A DNA stretch of 64,000 nucleotides from IMG/VR virus record IMGVR_UViG_2630968701_000001; one strand, written 5' to 3'. This DNA comes from an uncultured virus (IMG/VR IMGVR_UViG_2630968701_000001) (taxonomy: Duplodnaviria; Heunggongvirae; Uroviricota; Caudoviricetes). The translations under genes were made by a program, and so were the position numbers. The notes beneath the pieces are model-generated. The model made no database searches. It worked only from the letters and a program-made list of their open reading frames with translations, and was not told the origin of the DNA. Positions 32,170-42,741 of the stretch are shown here, one piece after another (within the stretch, counting starts at the first letter, position 1; each line of letters begins with the position of its first letter).

Positions 32170-32652
32170 TTATTCATCACAAAATGTCTGTTCATAAATA
32201 TTTTGGAAATCTTCCTGATATTTGACATTTCCATATTCTTCTTTTGGTGTAGCATATCCATCTTCGATCATCATGGCATTCAACATAGAATACCGAACCG
32301 ACATCATTGAATTTATCTTTTTCGGTTTCTCTACCCAGACATATCTTAACTTCTTATGCTTTTTTCCACCAACGTCATTTTTGTCTGACTGCAAGTATAC
32401 AGTATTCCCATTTTCTTCAAAATAAGAATGCACGTATTCCTGCGCCCCGTTTTTTGGATCGATCCCAATCAGTTGAACAGTTTCCTCATATCCTTCTTTA
32501 TCCATCCACACTTTGATCGTATTTCCATTTAATACCTCTGTGACTTTCGCTTCTCTTAAAGCTGCATTAACTGCAAGTTTATTTTGCATGGTATCAAGAA
32601 ATAAAATAATGGCGGATGCGATCAGGATGATTTTAAACACTCTTTTGATCAT
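32170..32652 (-). CDS. Secreted thermonuclease-fold protein with degenerate active site
   Basis: Signal/TM N-terminus; VLNGNT, QLIGID, LRYVW, LNA.MI..GYA. Confidence 0.75.
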   Translation of the reverse strand: MIKRVFKIILIASAIILFLDTMQNKLAVNAALREAKVTEVLNGNTIKVWMDKEGYEETVQLIGIDPKNGAQEYVHSYFEENGNTVYLQSDKNDVGGKKHKKLRYVWVEKPKKINSMMSVRYSMLNAMMIEDGYATPKEEYGNVKYQEDFQNIYEQTFCDE

Positions 32653-32711
32653 ATCGTTTTCTCCCTTCGTCTCTTTTTCTTTAAATATGAGAGATGAAGG
32701 GATGCCATAAC

Positions 32712-33242
32712 TTATATAAAACGATAAACCTCAGCAAGCAATTCTATTTGATGTTCTGTCATATAAGGATGCCTTGTGCGAATTTCTTCTATAATCTCTT
32801 TATCTGTCATTTCCGCTCTTCTTTTTCTTTCTTCCTCTTCATGTTCTTTATGCTCTTTTTCAAACTTCGCAAAAGCATCTTCTGATTCTCTTAGATTCTT
32901 TTGGCCTTCTTTCAGATCCAATTCAAACATGATCCAGTTTGATACGTTTTCTTTTAAAACATCGTTCGTGATTCGATCAAATTGTTTTCTCCAAGTCAGC
33001 AAAAAATCGCGATAAGCATCTTCTCCATTTGAGATCGGTGTAGGGATTTTTCCTTCTCTTTTCATTAATGCAAGTTGTTTTTCAAAACTTTCTTGGATAA
33101 ATTGATAAACTCCGCCAAAAACTTGTTCTCCAAAATTTTCAAAAACAGGAAACTCTTCATCAAAATCCGGAATTTCAATATTGTAGTCTGTTTCTCCTTC
33201 CCATTCAAATTCTGTAATTTGTGCGTTGTAATAGTACTTCAT
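32712..33242 (-). CDS. Acidic protein, possible HicB-like N-terminus
   Basis: YYYNA...Y.IEIPDF pattern. Confidence 0.5.
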   Translation of the reverse strand: MKYYYNAQITEFEWEGETDYNIEIPDFDEEFPVFENFGEQVFGGVYQFIQESFEKQLALMKREGKIPTPISNGEDAYRDFLLTWRKQFDRITNDVLKENVSNWIMFELDLKEGQKNLRESEDAFAKFEKEHKEHEEEERKRRAEMTDKEIIEEIRTRHPYMTEHQIELLAEVYRFI

Positions 33243-33372
33243 AACTTTTCTCCTTTTCTAAAACAACTATTATCATCTTACATTATGAATATGAGAGATT
33301 TATCCCCTCCAAAGAAAAAAACATTGTACTTTTTCAAATACAAAAAGATCCCGGATCACTTCCGGGACCTTC

Positions 33373-33834
33373 TTATCCTTTGATGTCATCTTCTTTTTTC
33401 TTTACGACAGCCATTCCGATCGCTACGATTGCCAACAACAAGATATTTGTCTTATTCTTTCGGATCATTTTGATCACTCCATCGGAAAATGATCTTCCCT
33501 GTGTAGACTGGCTATCAAGACTTATTTTTGTTGTCTCTCCAACAGCTATATCAAAACTTGTATCATCCAATACATAATCTTTTGTTTCTTTTCCATCAAT
33601 GCGATAATCACTTGCTGGCAAGGAAATCTTCTGATGATACCCATTGGTTCGTTTCAGATTGACTTCATACTTCTGTTCTGTGTTTGTATCAATGATCTGT
33701 ATTTTGACTGATCTGGGCAGCAGATCTGTATCGGTTAACTTAATATCCAGTTTTCCACCCTCTGCTGCCATTACTGTACTGCACAACATCATTACCATCG
33801 CCATCACGGCGATCACAATTCTTTTTAGTTTCAT
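33373..33834 (-). CDS. Secreted, C-terminally anchored protein; distant paralogue of 43038..43673
   Basis: Signal peptide, LP..DY.I segment, C-terminal hydrophobic helix plus basic tail. Confidence 0.7.
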   Translation of the reverse strand: MKLKRIVIAVMAMVMMLCSTVMAAEGGKLDIKLTDTDLLPRSVKIQIIDTNTEQKYEVNLKRTNGYHQKISLPASDYRIDGKETKDYVLDDTSFDIAVGETTKISLDSQSTQGRSFSDGVIKMIRKNKTNILLLAIVAIGMAVVKKKEDDIKG

Positions 33835-33943
33835 AAACTACCTCCAACTTCTTTTTTTAATAAAAACTTTCTCTAATACAAATATGAGATATTTGATCTT
33901 CATTTTTTGCATCATGAGGTTCCTTTTTCTTTTAAAGAAAACG

Positions 33944-34763
33944 TGCATCACTTTTCTGGTTCATTTTAACTTTTGATCCATCCTGTGATGCAACTCTTTC
34001 AGGTTGTTATATTTATTTCTCATTACGACTCATCTTGTTGATTCCTTTCACATTCTTCTTTTTTCAAAGGAGAGGGGGCGGTGTTTATTTTTTAAAAAAA
34101 GGGGGATGCATTGCATCATGAGATCGGGCATTGATCACTGCTGCCGCATGGTGCATCATTATTATGGTTCATTTCAATTCTCGGCAGCAGAATCCTTACG
34201 GATTCTATTCTTTTTTACGCACTCATCATCTTATTGATTCATTGTCCTTTTTCTTTCAACAGAAACAAGGGCGGCTTTTTCTTTAAAACAAACAGGGGAT
34301 TGGAAAAGGACTCACCTACTTCTGCTGCCATTTATGACTCACTTTTATGATGCAGATGGAGATGGTGGCAGCAGTCTTTCTTTCAATCCACAAGAATTGC
34401 ATCACTGTTCTGATGCATTTTTATATCAATCTCTTCCTGATACACTCTTTCTTTAAAAGAAAATGGTATTTCATCATGATCTGCATCATTATTTTGATGC
34501 ATTTCTTCTATATATTGCATCATCTTTCTGATGCATTCTTTTTCTTTTCTTTGAAACAAACAGGAGTAAGTGACCTTTTTGCACCATCTTTGTGCTTCAT
34601 TTTTATTAGATCTTGCATCATTATTATGGTGCATTTCTTCCTATTTTAATGAAAACACGACTCATCTTTCTGATTCATTATATCTCATTTTGCATCACAT
34701 ATCTGATGCATCTTTTTCCTTTAAAGTAAACAGGGGCTGTTATTTCATCATCTTTCTGATGCA
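33944..34763. repeat. Array of 13-14 imperfect TGCATCA-N6-TGATGCA palindromes with interspersed second motif
   Basis: Perfect copies at 34398, 34482, 34516, 34691; variants at 33944, 34026, 34152, 34222, 34335, 34580, 34614, 34658, 34744. Confidence 0.9.
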
Positions 34764-35047
34764 GTTTTATTCATTGAGATGGGGTTGATTGATCTATCAT
34801 GGGATCACTGTCTTTTTTAATGAAAACAGAGGGCAGCAGGTGAAATCCTATGATAGTTATTTATTTGAGTGAGGTTGGTTTTTATTGAAAGAATGAGATG
34901 GGTTTATTGTGAGAAAGCAGAATGATAGAACTGTCTTTTTAAATGAAAACAACTGCCTGCTTTAATGGAAATACTTTTTTAAAAAAATGATAAAATTATC
35001 TTTCATCTTATCCATCATATTTGTGATAGATTCTTCTTCTTTAAAAG

Positions 35048-35069
35048 AAAGCGTAACTTATTACGCTTT
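35048..35069. other. Inverted repeat, candidate oriT component
   Basis: AAAGCGTAA-CTTA-TTACGCTTT, 46 bp upstream of the relaxase start. Confidence 0.45.
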
Positions 35070-35114
35070 GTTAAGAAAACGTATACACATTAAATAAAAA
35101 AATCACAAGAAAGG

Positions 35115-36161
35115 ATGAGAAATATGGGAACATGTTATTCATTTGTTTCGACAGAAAAGATAAAAGATCTTGGTGCTTTTAGCCGAAAGTTGGAACACAA
35201 TTTTAGGATTGGCGGACGAGTTCCAAATGCAGATCCTATGAAATCATATTTAAATGAGGAATTGATCAAGTTAGAACCAGGGAGTGATTATATAAAAGAA
35301 TACAACAAAAGAGTTTTAGATTCAGTATATTATCAAACCCATAAGATCCGGAAAGATGCTGTGAGAGGGATTGAAGTAATGATGACTTTTAGTTCAAAAG
35401 ACATTCCCAAAGATTTTGATTTTGAGCAATGGAAAAAAGAAAATGTCAAATGGTTACAATCCTATTTCGGGAAAGACAATGTTGTCTCTGCTGTTTTACA
35501 TATGGATGAAACGACGCCTCATATACATGCTGTTGTAATTCCAATGGTTAATGAACGATTATCAGCTGCACATTTTTTAAATGGCAGAGAACGAATGGCG
35601 AATCTACAAAACAGCTATGGTGATCGAATGGAGAAATTAGGTTTAACGCGTGGGATGAAAGGCAGCTTGGCAAAGCACACAGATATTAAAGAATTCTATA
35701 CTGCTGTGAACAAGCAAAAAATAAAAGAATTACCTCAGCCCAAAAAACATGAAAGCACAAAGGATTATTACGAAAGAGCCCAGAAAGTATTCCAGGAATC
35801 AAATTATCAGCATTTAAATGAGCTACAAAAGAAGGATCGAGAGATCATAGAAAAGAATACCCAGACACTACAAGAAAATCTTGAGCTTGCGAACAGTATC
35901 AAAAAAACACAGGAATTGATCCGAGAGATTGAGCATCGTTTTGGAGAAGACAAGGATACTGTATTAAAGAAAATTGACACAATGAACCATTTAAATCAAG
36001 GATTAAAAAGTTATCCAGATCAAGACTTTTCAAACAATGTATTTGAAGGAATGCGTGAAATTCTAAGATTTGAAAAAGAAAAGACAAAACGTACCAGAAA
36101 AGAACCAGAAAAGAGTCTGGATCAGATTCTTGATGAAGCGAAAAAAGAATTACAAAAATAA
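35115..36161 (+). CDS. MOBV (Mob/Pre) family relaxase
   Basis: HNFR, RKDAV, VLHMDETTPHIH, AKH....EFY. Confidence 0.92.
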   Translation: MRNMGTCYSFVSTEKIKDLGAFSRKLEHNFRIGGRVPNADPMKSYLNEELIKLEPGSDYIKEYNKRVLDSVYYQTHKIRKDAVRGIEVMMTFSSKDIPKDFDFEQWKKENVKWLQSYFGKDNVVSAVLHMDETTPHIHAVVIPMVNERLSAAHFLNGRERMANLQNSYGDRMEKLGLTRGMKGSLAKHTDIKEFYTAVNKQKIKELPQPKKHESTKDYYERAQKVFQESNYQHLNELQKKDREIIEKNTQTLQENLELANSIKKTQELIREIEHRFGEDKDTVLKKIDTMNHLNQGLKSYPDQDFSNNVFEGMREILRFEKEKTKRTRKEPEKSLDQILDEAKKELQK

Positions 36162-36186
36162 AAAAAGACCCTCAATTTTGAAGGTC

Positions 36187-37707
36187 TCAGACTGTAGACA
36201 AACTAGGTGCTGGGATCATCCCAGCACCATTTTTTCCTTTAAAGTTAAATTGTATCCAAAAATTTCTTAGAAATCTTCGCTTTTGTCCATTTAGCAATCC
36301 GTTCTTACCCAGAATTCTTGCCAGTTTTTTTAGATTCATACATGCAAAAGTAAGCCCGGCTTTCATTTCCATCCGTGCTTTTCCTATGTATTGTGTATAT
36401 CGAAATCCATGGTGTTCTTTTGCTGTTCCAAAGATTCTTTCTATCGTTTCTTTTCGTTTCTGATAGATTGCTTTATTCCCTCTTACATGTCGGATATCTT
36501 CTGCTTTTTCTATATATATTTCCCAAACATGACGTGCTATCACTTTTACATGATTCTTGCTTTCTGTACATTTGGATATCTGTGGACATTTTTCACATTG
36601 ATATCCACAGCTTTTATATTCTCTGTATCCATCCCTGTTTGTGGTACTGTATCTTAAAATCTGATTTTCTGGACAGATGTAACAATCATAGTATTCATCA
36701 TAAACATATTCATATTTCTTAAAAAATCCCTCTTTTGTCATAGGACGTTTATATGGAAACAATGGTTCAATCCCATCTCTCAGAAGTTGTCTGGCAATCG
36801 CTGGTGTCTTGTATCCTGCATCTGCCACGATCATTTCTGGTTCAAAACTTTTCATCTTTTCATAGATTGTCTGAAATGTTCGGCTGTCATGTTCATTTCC
36901 AGGATGAACACTATATCCAAGGACCCATCCGTGTTCATCACATGCCGTTTCTACTGCATATGCAAAAACATGTTTATGTTCTCCTTTGCGAAACCATCCG
37001 CTTTCTGGATCTGTAATACTGCTCTTTTTGGTTTTTACATCGTCTGGTATCTGTTCAAGCTCATTATATTGATCATTCCCGGGTGTGGGAGGTGTTGGCG
37101 GATTCTTCTTATTTTTATCTTTTAGAGGTTTTTTCCCATGTGCCTGTCGGTCTTCATTGATCTCTTTTTGTAATTCATCTTCATACCAGAGTGCCTGTTC
37201 ATGAGCAACTCTTTTTCGCATTTTTTTACTGTTGGCACATGCCTTTACATGAGTTGCATCAACAAAGATCTCGTCCGTATTGATCAACTTATACTTCATA
37301 CATTCTTCCAGAATCTTTGAAAATATCTGTTCAAAAAGATCCGTGTCTTTAAATCGGCGGGAATAGTTCTTTCCAAACGTTGAAAAATGCGGTACAGTAT
37401 CCAGCATATCCAGACCAAGAAACCAGCGGTAGGCAACATTTACTTCAATCTCTCGGATCGTCTGACGCATACTTTTGATTCCATAAAGATATTGAATAAA
37501 TGGAATTTTAATGAGCATAACAGGATCCATACTTGGACGACCATTGTTTTGACAATATTTATCTTCTACAAGATCGTAAATAAAGTTCCAGTTGATTGCT
37601 TTATCAATCAATCTTAGCATATGATCCTGCGGAACCATGGAATCCATTGAGAACATCATCATCTGTTCTCGTTTCTTGTCTGCATTTTTCGTCATCATAA
37701 AAAACAC
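36187..37707 (-). CDS. IS1182-family DDE transposase
   Basis: GRPSMDP, YRWFLG, VDATHVKA, ADAGY, IERIFG. Confidence 0.92.
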   Translation of the reverse strand: MFFMMTKNADKKREQMMMFSMDSMVPQDHMLRLIDKAINWNFIYDLVEDKYCQNNGRPSMDPVMLIKIPFIQYLYGIKSMRQTIREIEVNVAYRWFLGLDMLDTVPHFSTFGKNYSRRFKDTDLFEQIFSKILEECMKYKLINTDEIFVDATHVKACANSKKMRKRVAHEQALWYEDELQKEINEDRQAHGKKPLKDKNKKNPPTPPTPGNDQYNELEQIPDDVKTKKSSITDPESGWFRKGEHKHVFAYAVETACDEHGWVLGYSVHPGNEHDSRTFQTIYEKMKSFEPEMIVADAGYKTPAIARQLLRDGIEPLFPYKRPMTKEGFFKKYEYVYDEYYDCYICPENQILRYSTTNRDGYREYKSCGYQCEKCPQISKCTESKNHVKVIARHVWEIYIEKAEDIRHVRGNKAIYQKRKETIERIFGTAKEHHGFRYTQYIGKARMEMKAGLTFACMNLKKLARILGKNGLLNGQKRRFLRNFWIQFNFKGKNGAGMIPAPSLSTV

Positions 37708-37792
37708 CGCCTTTCTGATAATTCTATTATACCAGAAAAACAGTGCTCATAGTAAAAGTCCCGGCAAATACCGGGACTTTGTCTACAGTCTG
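36188..37792 (-). mobile_element. IS1182-family element
   Basis: 15 bp terminal IRs CAGACTGTAGACAAA; flanked by 22 bp direct repeats 36166-36187 and 37793-37814. Confidence 0.92.
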
Positions 37793-37824
37793 AGACCCTC
37801 AATTTTGAAGGTCTTTTCTTTTTG

Positions 37825-40800
37825 TTATTTTAGATATTGATCCATATTTCTCCAAGTTACATTTCCAGATTTATTAAAGTATCCCCCTGTTGAAACAGCT
37901 ACATTTCCTTTTCCTGATGATTCATGAATATAAATCATTTGATTATTTTTGGTGTAACCAATAAAGATTCCAGTATGATTTATCGATCCAAAATGAACCA
38001 TGATGTCTCCAGGTTTTAAAGTATTAGTCGCTTTTCCTTTTGCTTTCAGTGTTTCTGTGCTCCCATTTCCCAGGTTATTTCCAACTGCAGTCCAATAAAC
38101 CCAGTCAACAAAGTGTGAACAATCAAGCCCTTTTCTGCTTCTACCTTTTTCATCAGGAGCAGCTTTTGTTCCAAAATGGTTTTTCTCAAGTCCAGGATAA
38201 CTAGCTGAATCACCAAAATGATAAGGAATTTTTCCAACTGCACTTAATGCTGTTTCTATGATCTTTCTTCGTTTTTCAGAAAGATTCGTTGGTAGCTGAT
38301 CTAAAATTTTCTTCTGATCCGCAGAACTCATTGTTCCTGATGCATCATAAGAAGAAACTCCTGTGATCTGCTGTTCTAAAGAATCTATATCAATACCATA
38401 AGTATCTTTCCAGTTATCATCAAAAAACATTTCTACCATATCCCGGTTATTTTCAATCCAATGTTTCCATTTGATTGTTTCTCCATTTAATTCTTTGGAA
38501 ATTTTATTATATTCTTTAACCTTGCTATCATTATCTCCTGGATCGATCTGATATAGTTGAACTGCTTCATCCTTATCAATTCCAACGATACATGCATTTA
38601 CATTAAGATTTACATGCCCTGGACAATATTTTTTAGAATGCTTTCCATCGCATCCATAATGTCCCGGACACTTAGACTCTGTATAAGTTTCAACAATCTT
38701 ACATTTTGCTTTGTATGTTGGATCAGCAGTTGCTTTTGCTTTTTCTTCTGCTGATACTTCTACAATTTCTTTCTGATTGATCTTTCCTGAACCATTCTTT
38801 ATTTCTTCATCTTTTTTAGATTTTGGATATTTACTGATTTCTGCTAATGTTAATTCTGCATCAGTTTCTTTTCCACGCTTATTTTCGGTTCCTTTACATC
38901 CAGATGCTTTATACTTATATTTTTGCCATGAATTCTTATCTTGGTTACAATAATATTTTTTGCATCCTTCATCTCCATAAGAATCTTTTTGGACTTTGAT
39001 TCCATCAAGCAATCCATAGCTTCTTCCATTTGGACCTTTTGCATTTTTGATTTTTTCATCATTGCATTTATAATTTTTTACTTCTTTACAACCTTGACAT
39101 TGATAAATTTCACTAACTTCTGCTTTTACTTTATGAGAAGCATTCCATAAATCAAGACAATAAGCTTTCAGTAATCGATCATCTCTGTCTCCGCCCTGAT
39201 CAAAATAAACAGTTCCCATACATAAGATTGCTTTTGCATTTGACATAGGAAGTTCAGATCCAGCGGCTCCACTAACTCCTGAACCATTAATAATATCAAT
39301 TTCTCCATCAAATAGAAGCCATTTTTTCTCAGAGCCATCTGTGATATGGACACCTGTATATGTCTTTCCTTTGATTTTAATAGTTTCAGGTTTAGAAGCT
39401 TTTGACGTTACACGATAAACAGATACATTTTTTGCTGTTACTTTTGATTCTAAATCATGCGCACAGGAATTGGAATTTGAAACATAGATATCAAAATTCC
39501 CTTCTGTACCACATAGATCCTGTAAAATATAGTAATGTCCATTAATAAAATATACGGACCCATAACCACCACCAGTTGCTGCCTGATCGGCTTTTGTTAC
39601 TGCCAGTGTCACTCCAGGGGTTGCAGCGACACCTGTTGATGTTGCACGACTACCTTTTGGATCATTACATCCAGCACAATATCCTGTTGTATTATATTTT
39701 CCTACAAGTTTTTTTGGGATGCCATCTTTTTCTGTTCCTTTACTTGCATACACAATCTTATCGCCTTTATAGGTATTCTCGGAATCTTTCGATGTATTAT
39801 TGTTTTTGTTTGCTGCTTTTTTAATAGAAACTGACGAACTTTGTGCTTTAACAATTGAACTATTTTTTAATTTTGAAGACGCATCATTTCCTTCAATAAT
39901 AGGATTTGGCGTTTTTCCTGTGATATCTGTATACGCATCTCCATTATAAAAATTGATACTTACTCCAGGAATCTCTTCTCCTTTTACTCCAAATTCTGTA
40001 ATTTCAATCTTCTTTCCAGTTTTCGGATCGGTTCCACCATAAATTTTTTTACCTTTGATTTCTGCCGGTTTTTTCCCTCCTAGTCCATAGACATCATCAT
40101 CCAACCATTTCTCATCTTTGTTCGTTAGTGCGGTCAATATCTCTCCACCTGCGGATTTCATAACATCTTTTTCAGAGACATCTGCACCTTTACTTGTTTC
40201 AAATAATGACTGTACTGTTGTTGTAATTGCTGCAGATGCAGCCATAACAAGCTGTAAAACAAGAACAAGCAGTAATACGCCTCCGACAAATATGAGAACT
40301 CTTTTGATGATCATGCCGATCATTTCATTGATCTTATCAAAAACATTAAAAATACGATCAAAAACGCCATTGATTTTTCCAGTAACTTTACCGACCAATG
40401 TTTCAGAATAATTTTTCTTAAATACTTTTTCAAAGGCCTTTCCTGCTACTCTCTTAGGGGCCTGTTTTATGTTATTGATCTTTTCAAAACGTTTCAGTTT
40501 TTTTTGTGCTCGAAGATTTTGCCGTTCTAATTTTCTTTTATTTTTGGCTTTCAGCTTTTTGCGTGATGTAATCTGCTTTTGTGCGATCTTTCTTTTCGTA
40601 GATTCGGATGCAAATTTTCCAGTGACTTTCAAAGTCTGTTTACTAGTATATCTTGATGCACGTAAAGCTTGTCTACCAACAAATCGTGAAGAACGTTGGA
40701 CAATATATACAGCATTTTTTGCACCACGGAATGATTTTGCAAAGAGAACCGCAGCATCATATGCGTCAATTCCATGCAGTAATTCCTGTCGTAAATTCTT

Positions 40801-42582
40801 ACGAGCTATCTTGCGGCCTCTCTTCATCTTGATTCTACGAGATTCTTTGCTTAAGATCTTTCGAAAATATCCAGTTGCTTGCACAAGATCTTTATCACTA
40901 TTTTTCAGAATACTGATAAAGGCACTTAACTGAGCATCGCTTAGTTTATCAATATCAATTCGATATTTTGATAAAATTGTCTGTCTGCTTCCATTCATCA
41001 TTACCCTGATGTTCTGAGCGTTCAAACCCTTATTTAAGGATTCTGCCATAGTTTTACTTAAGATGTGTTGATCCTGCATGATCTGTGAAAGTTTTTGCCT
41101 GGTAAATCCAGCTTGCTGCATATTTCTGATTTCAAATGCCTGAGCTCTTTTTGCACTATATCCAAAAAATGCTCCGCCTGTAAGAGCCCCTCCATAAACT
41201 TTCATTTTACGATATGCTTGATAAGCATCTGTCTGTTCAATTTGCGTTCCATGGATGACCGTACTTCCAAGATCTGCACGGATTCTTGAGTTGTGACGGG
41301 CTCCACCATAAATTTTCGTATATTCAACTTGGTTATTTTGTTTATTTTGTCCATAACTTAATGGGCTTGGACCATTTGGCCTTAAAACATTCGGATTACG
41401 TGATTCTTGTTGAATCTGTTTCATCCTTTCATTGTCAATACGTGGTATTGATGGATTCACCCTGCCTCTATCAGACGGCTTGTTAGACGTCCTTTCTAGA
41501 GAATTACTGGAATGAGAAATATTCGATGAATTTTTAGGACTTTGATAATGCTTGCTTGATCCATTGAATTTTGATTCGAAGTCACTGACCATTCCTGGCT
41601 TATATGCCTTCTGATTAGCATCATATTGCTTTTGTTTTTCTTTTTCATAGTTTTCTTTTCGACTATAATCAATACCAGAAATACGATGTCCTTCTGATTG
41701 ATAGTTTTGAATAGCAGAATGTTGATTCTTTTCTATAAAACTCTGATAAGAGTTTCCATTCTGCATTGATCCAGAATAATTCAGCTGCGATTGATTTTGT
41801 TGATAAATCTGATCATGTAATTTTTGAAATATTTGCGACTTCTGATCATAATCCGGCTGATGAGAAATATCTGTAGAAATATTTGTTTGTCGCCTGTGAT
41901 ATCCTTCAAAAGTTTGATTTGAATACGTATATTCAGGATAACTTGAATCGACAGATTTTGATTCATGACTATATGAACCATAATTTTTCTCAATCGAGCT
42001 TTCAAAATCATTTCCATCCTTATAGATTCTTGTTCCTTTATTGGGATCAAGTGATTCTTCCATTGCTGTTTGAGTAATATGCTGCCGATGTTTTTTCAGA
42101 TGATTTTTTGTGTTTTTGTTCTTTTTCTGATTGGCAGGATCTTTGATATCTTCTTGATCAGGATCCATGCTTAATCCCAAAACATCATAAATCGTTTGCA
42201 GATCATCTTCTGTAACATCATCATTTGTAACAACTTTTTGTGTGTCACCATATTGACGAGTCTCATACTCTTCATAGACTTCTCTGTCACGATCAAGTTC
42301 TATATAATCAGAATCAAAATTATCATTGTCGATTTCTTCTTGTTGAAAAGCGTCCAGTTCTGGATTCTCTTTTGCCCACTCTTCCATGTCTCTCGCTTCT
42401 CTAAGCCATTCATCTTTTTTTGCTTTTGTAAATTCAGCTTCATTTTCAAAGAAATAAGATTTATTATCTTCCTCACTGTATGGGCTTATATAAGCATTTT
42501 TGATCAGCAGCTCATATTCTTCATCTGATAAGCCTGATATTTCCTGGAATTTCTTCCGTCCGATTAATTCCAAAATGATCAC
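37825..42582 (-). CDS. Large conjugation wall hydrolase (CD1108/VirB1-like): TM, 3D-like and NlpC/P60 domains
   Basis: Central TM helix; TGYC..ATSTG..LAV..QDLCG..FDIYV; GLDCSHFV..HTGI..IHES. Confidence 0.85.
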   Translation of the reverse strand: MIILELIGRKKFQEISGLSDEEYELLIKNAYISPYSEEDNKSYFFENEAEFTKAKKDEWLREARDMEEWAKENPELDAFQQEEIDNDNFDSDYIELDRDREVYEEYETRQYGDTQKVVTNDDVTEDDLQTIYDVLGLSMDPDQEDIKDPANQKKNKNTKNHLKKHRQHITQTAMEESLDPNKGTRIYKDGNDFESSIEKNYGSYSHESKSVDSSYPEYTYSNQTFEGYHRRQTNISTDISHQPDYDQKSQIFQKLHDQIYQQNQSQLNYSGSMQNGNSYQSFIEKNQHSAIQNYQSEGHRISGIDYSRKENYEKEKQKQYDANQKAYKPGMVSDFESKFNGSSKHYQSPKNSSNISHSSNSLERTSNKPSDRGRVNPSIPRIDNERMKQIQQESRNPNVLRPNGPSPLSYGQNKQNNQVEYTKIYGGARHNSRIRADLGSTVIHGTQIEQTDAYQAYRKMKVYGGALTGGAFFGYSAKRAQAFEIRNMQQAGFTRQKLSQIMQDQHILSKTMAESLNKGLNAQNIRVMMNGSRQTILSKYRIDIDKLSDAQLSAFISILKNSDKDLVQATGYFRKILSKESRRIKMKRGRKIARKNLRQELLHGIDAYDAAVLFAKSFRGAKNAVYIVQRSSRFVGRQALRASRYTSKQTLKVTGKFASESTKRKIAQKQITSRKKLKAKNKRKLERQNLRAQKKLKRFEKINNIKQAPKRVAGKAFEKVFKKNYSETLVGKVTGKINGVFDRIFNVFDKINEMIGMIIKRVLIFVGGVLLLVLVLQLVMAASAAITTTVQSLFETSKGADVSEKDVMKSAGGEILTALTNKDEKWLDDDVYGLGGKKPAEIKGKKIYGGTDPKTGKKIEITEFGVKGEEIPGVSINFYNGDAYTDITGKTPNPIIEGNDASSKLKNSSIVKAQSSSVSIKKAANKNNNTSKDSENTYKGDKIVYASKGTEKDGIPKKLVGKYNTTGYCAGCNDPKGSRATSTGVAATPGVTLAVTKADQAATGGGYGSVYFINGHYYILQDLCGTEGNFDIYVSNSNSCAHDLESKVTAKNVSVYRVTSKASKPETIKIKGKTYTGVHITDGSEKKWLLFDGEIDIINGSGVSGAAGSELPMSNAKAILCMGTVYFDQGGDRDDRLLKAYCLDLWNASHKVKAEVSEIYQCQGCKEVKNYKCNDEKIKNAKGPNGRSYGLLDGIKVQKDSYGDEGCKKYYCNQDKNSWQKYKYKASGCKGTENKRGKETDAELTLAEISKYPKSKKDEEIKNGSGKINQKEIVEVSAEEKAKATADPTYKAKCKIVETYTESKCPGHYGCDGKHSKKYCPGHVNLNVNACIVGIDKDEAVQLYQIDPGDNDSKVKEYNKISKELNGETIKWKHWIENNRDMVEMFFDDNWKDTYGIDIDSLEQQITGVSSYDASGTMSSADQKKILDQLPTNLSEKRRKIIETALSAVGKIPYHFGDSASYPGLEKNHFGTKAAPDEKGRSRKGLDCSHFVDWVYWTAVGNNLGNGSTETLKAKGKATNTLKPGDIMVHFGSINHTGIFIGYTKNNQMIYIHESSGKGNVAVSTGGYFNKSGNVTWRNMDQYLK

Positions 42583-42707
42583 TCCTTTCTTCTATTTTTC
42601 TAAGGATTAAAAAAAATCCTCATATTAAATATGAAAGAAATGAGATAAAATATTGAATCCATGACTACTATATTTTTTTAAATGAATCAAAAAGATGAAT
42701 CATTCTA

Positions 42708-42735
42708 TTGACATATTTTGTAATCATGATATAAT
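42708..42735 (+). promoter_or_regulatory. Consensus sigma-A promoter
   Basis: TTGACA-16-TATAAT with extended TG. Confidence 0.8.
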
Positions 42736-42741
42736 GTAAAC

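Noticed and set aside
33944..34763. CRISPR array
   Set aside because: Repeats are degenerate with variable cores and irregular spacing; no cas genes
34004..34788. Short ORFs in the palindrome array
   Set aside because: Low-complexity translations of repeats with no RBS
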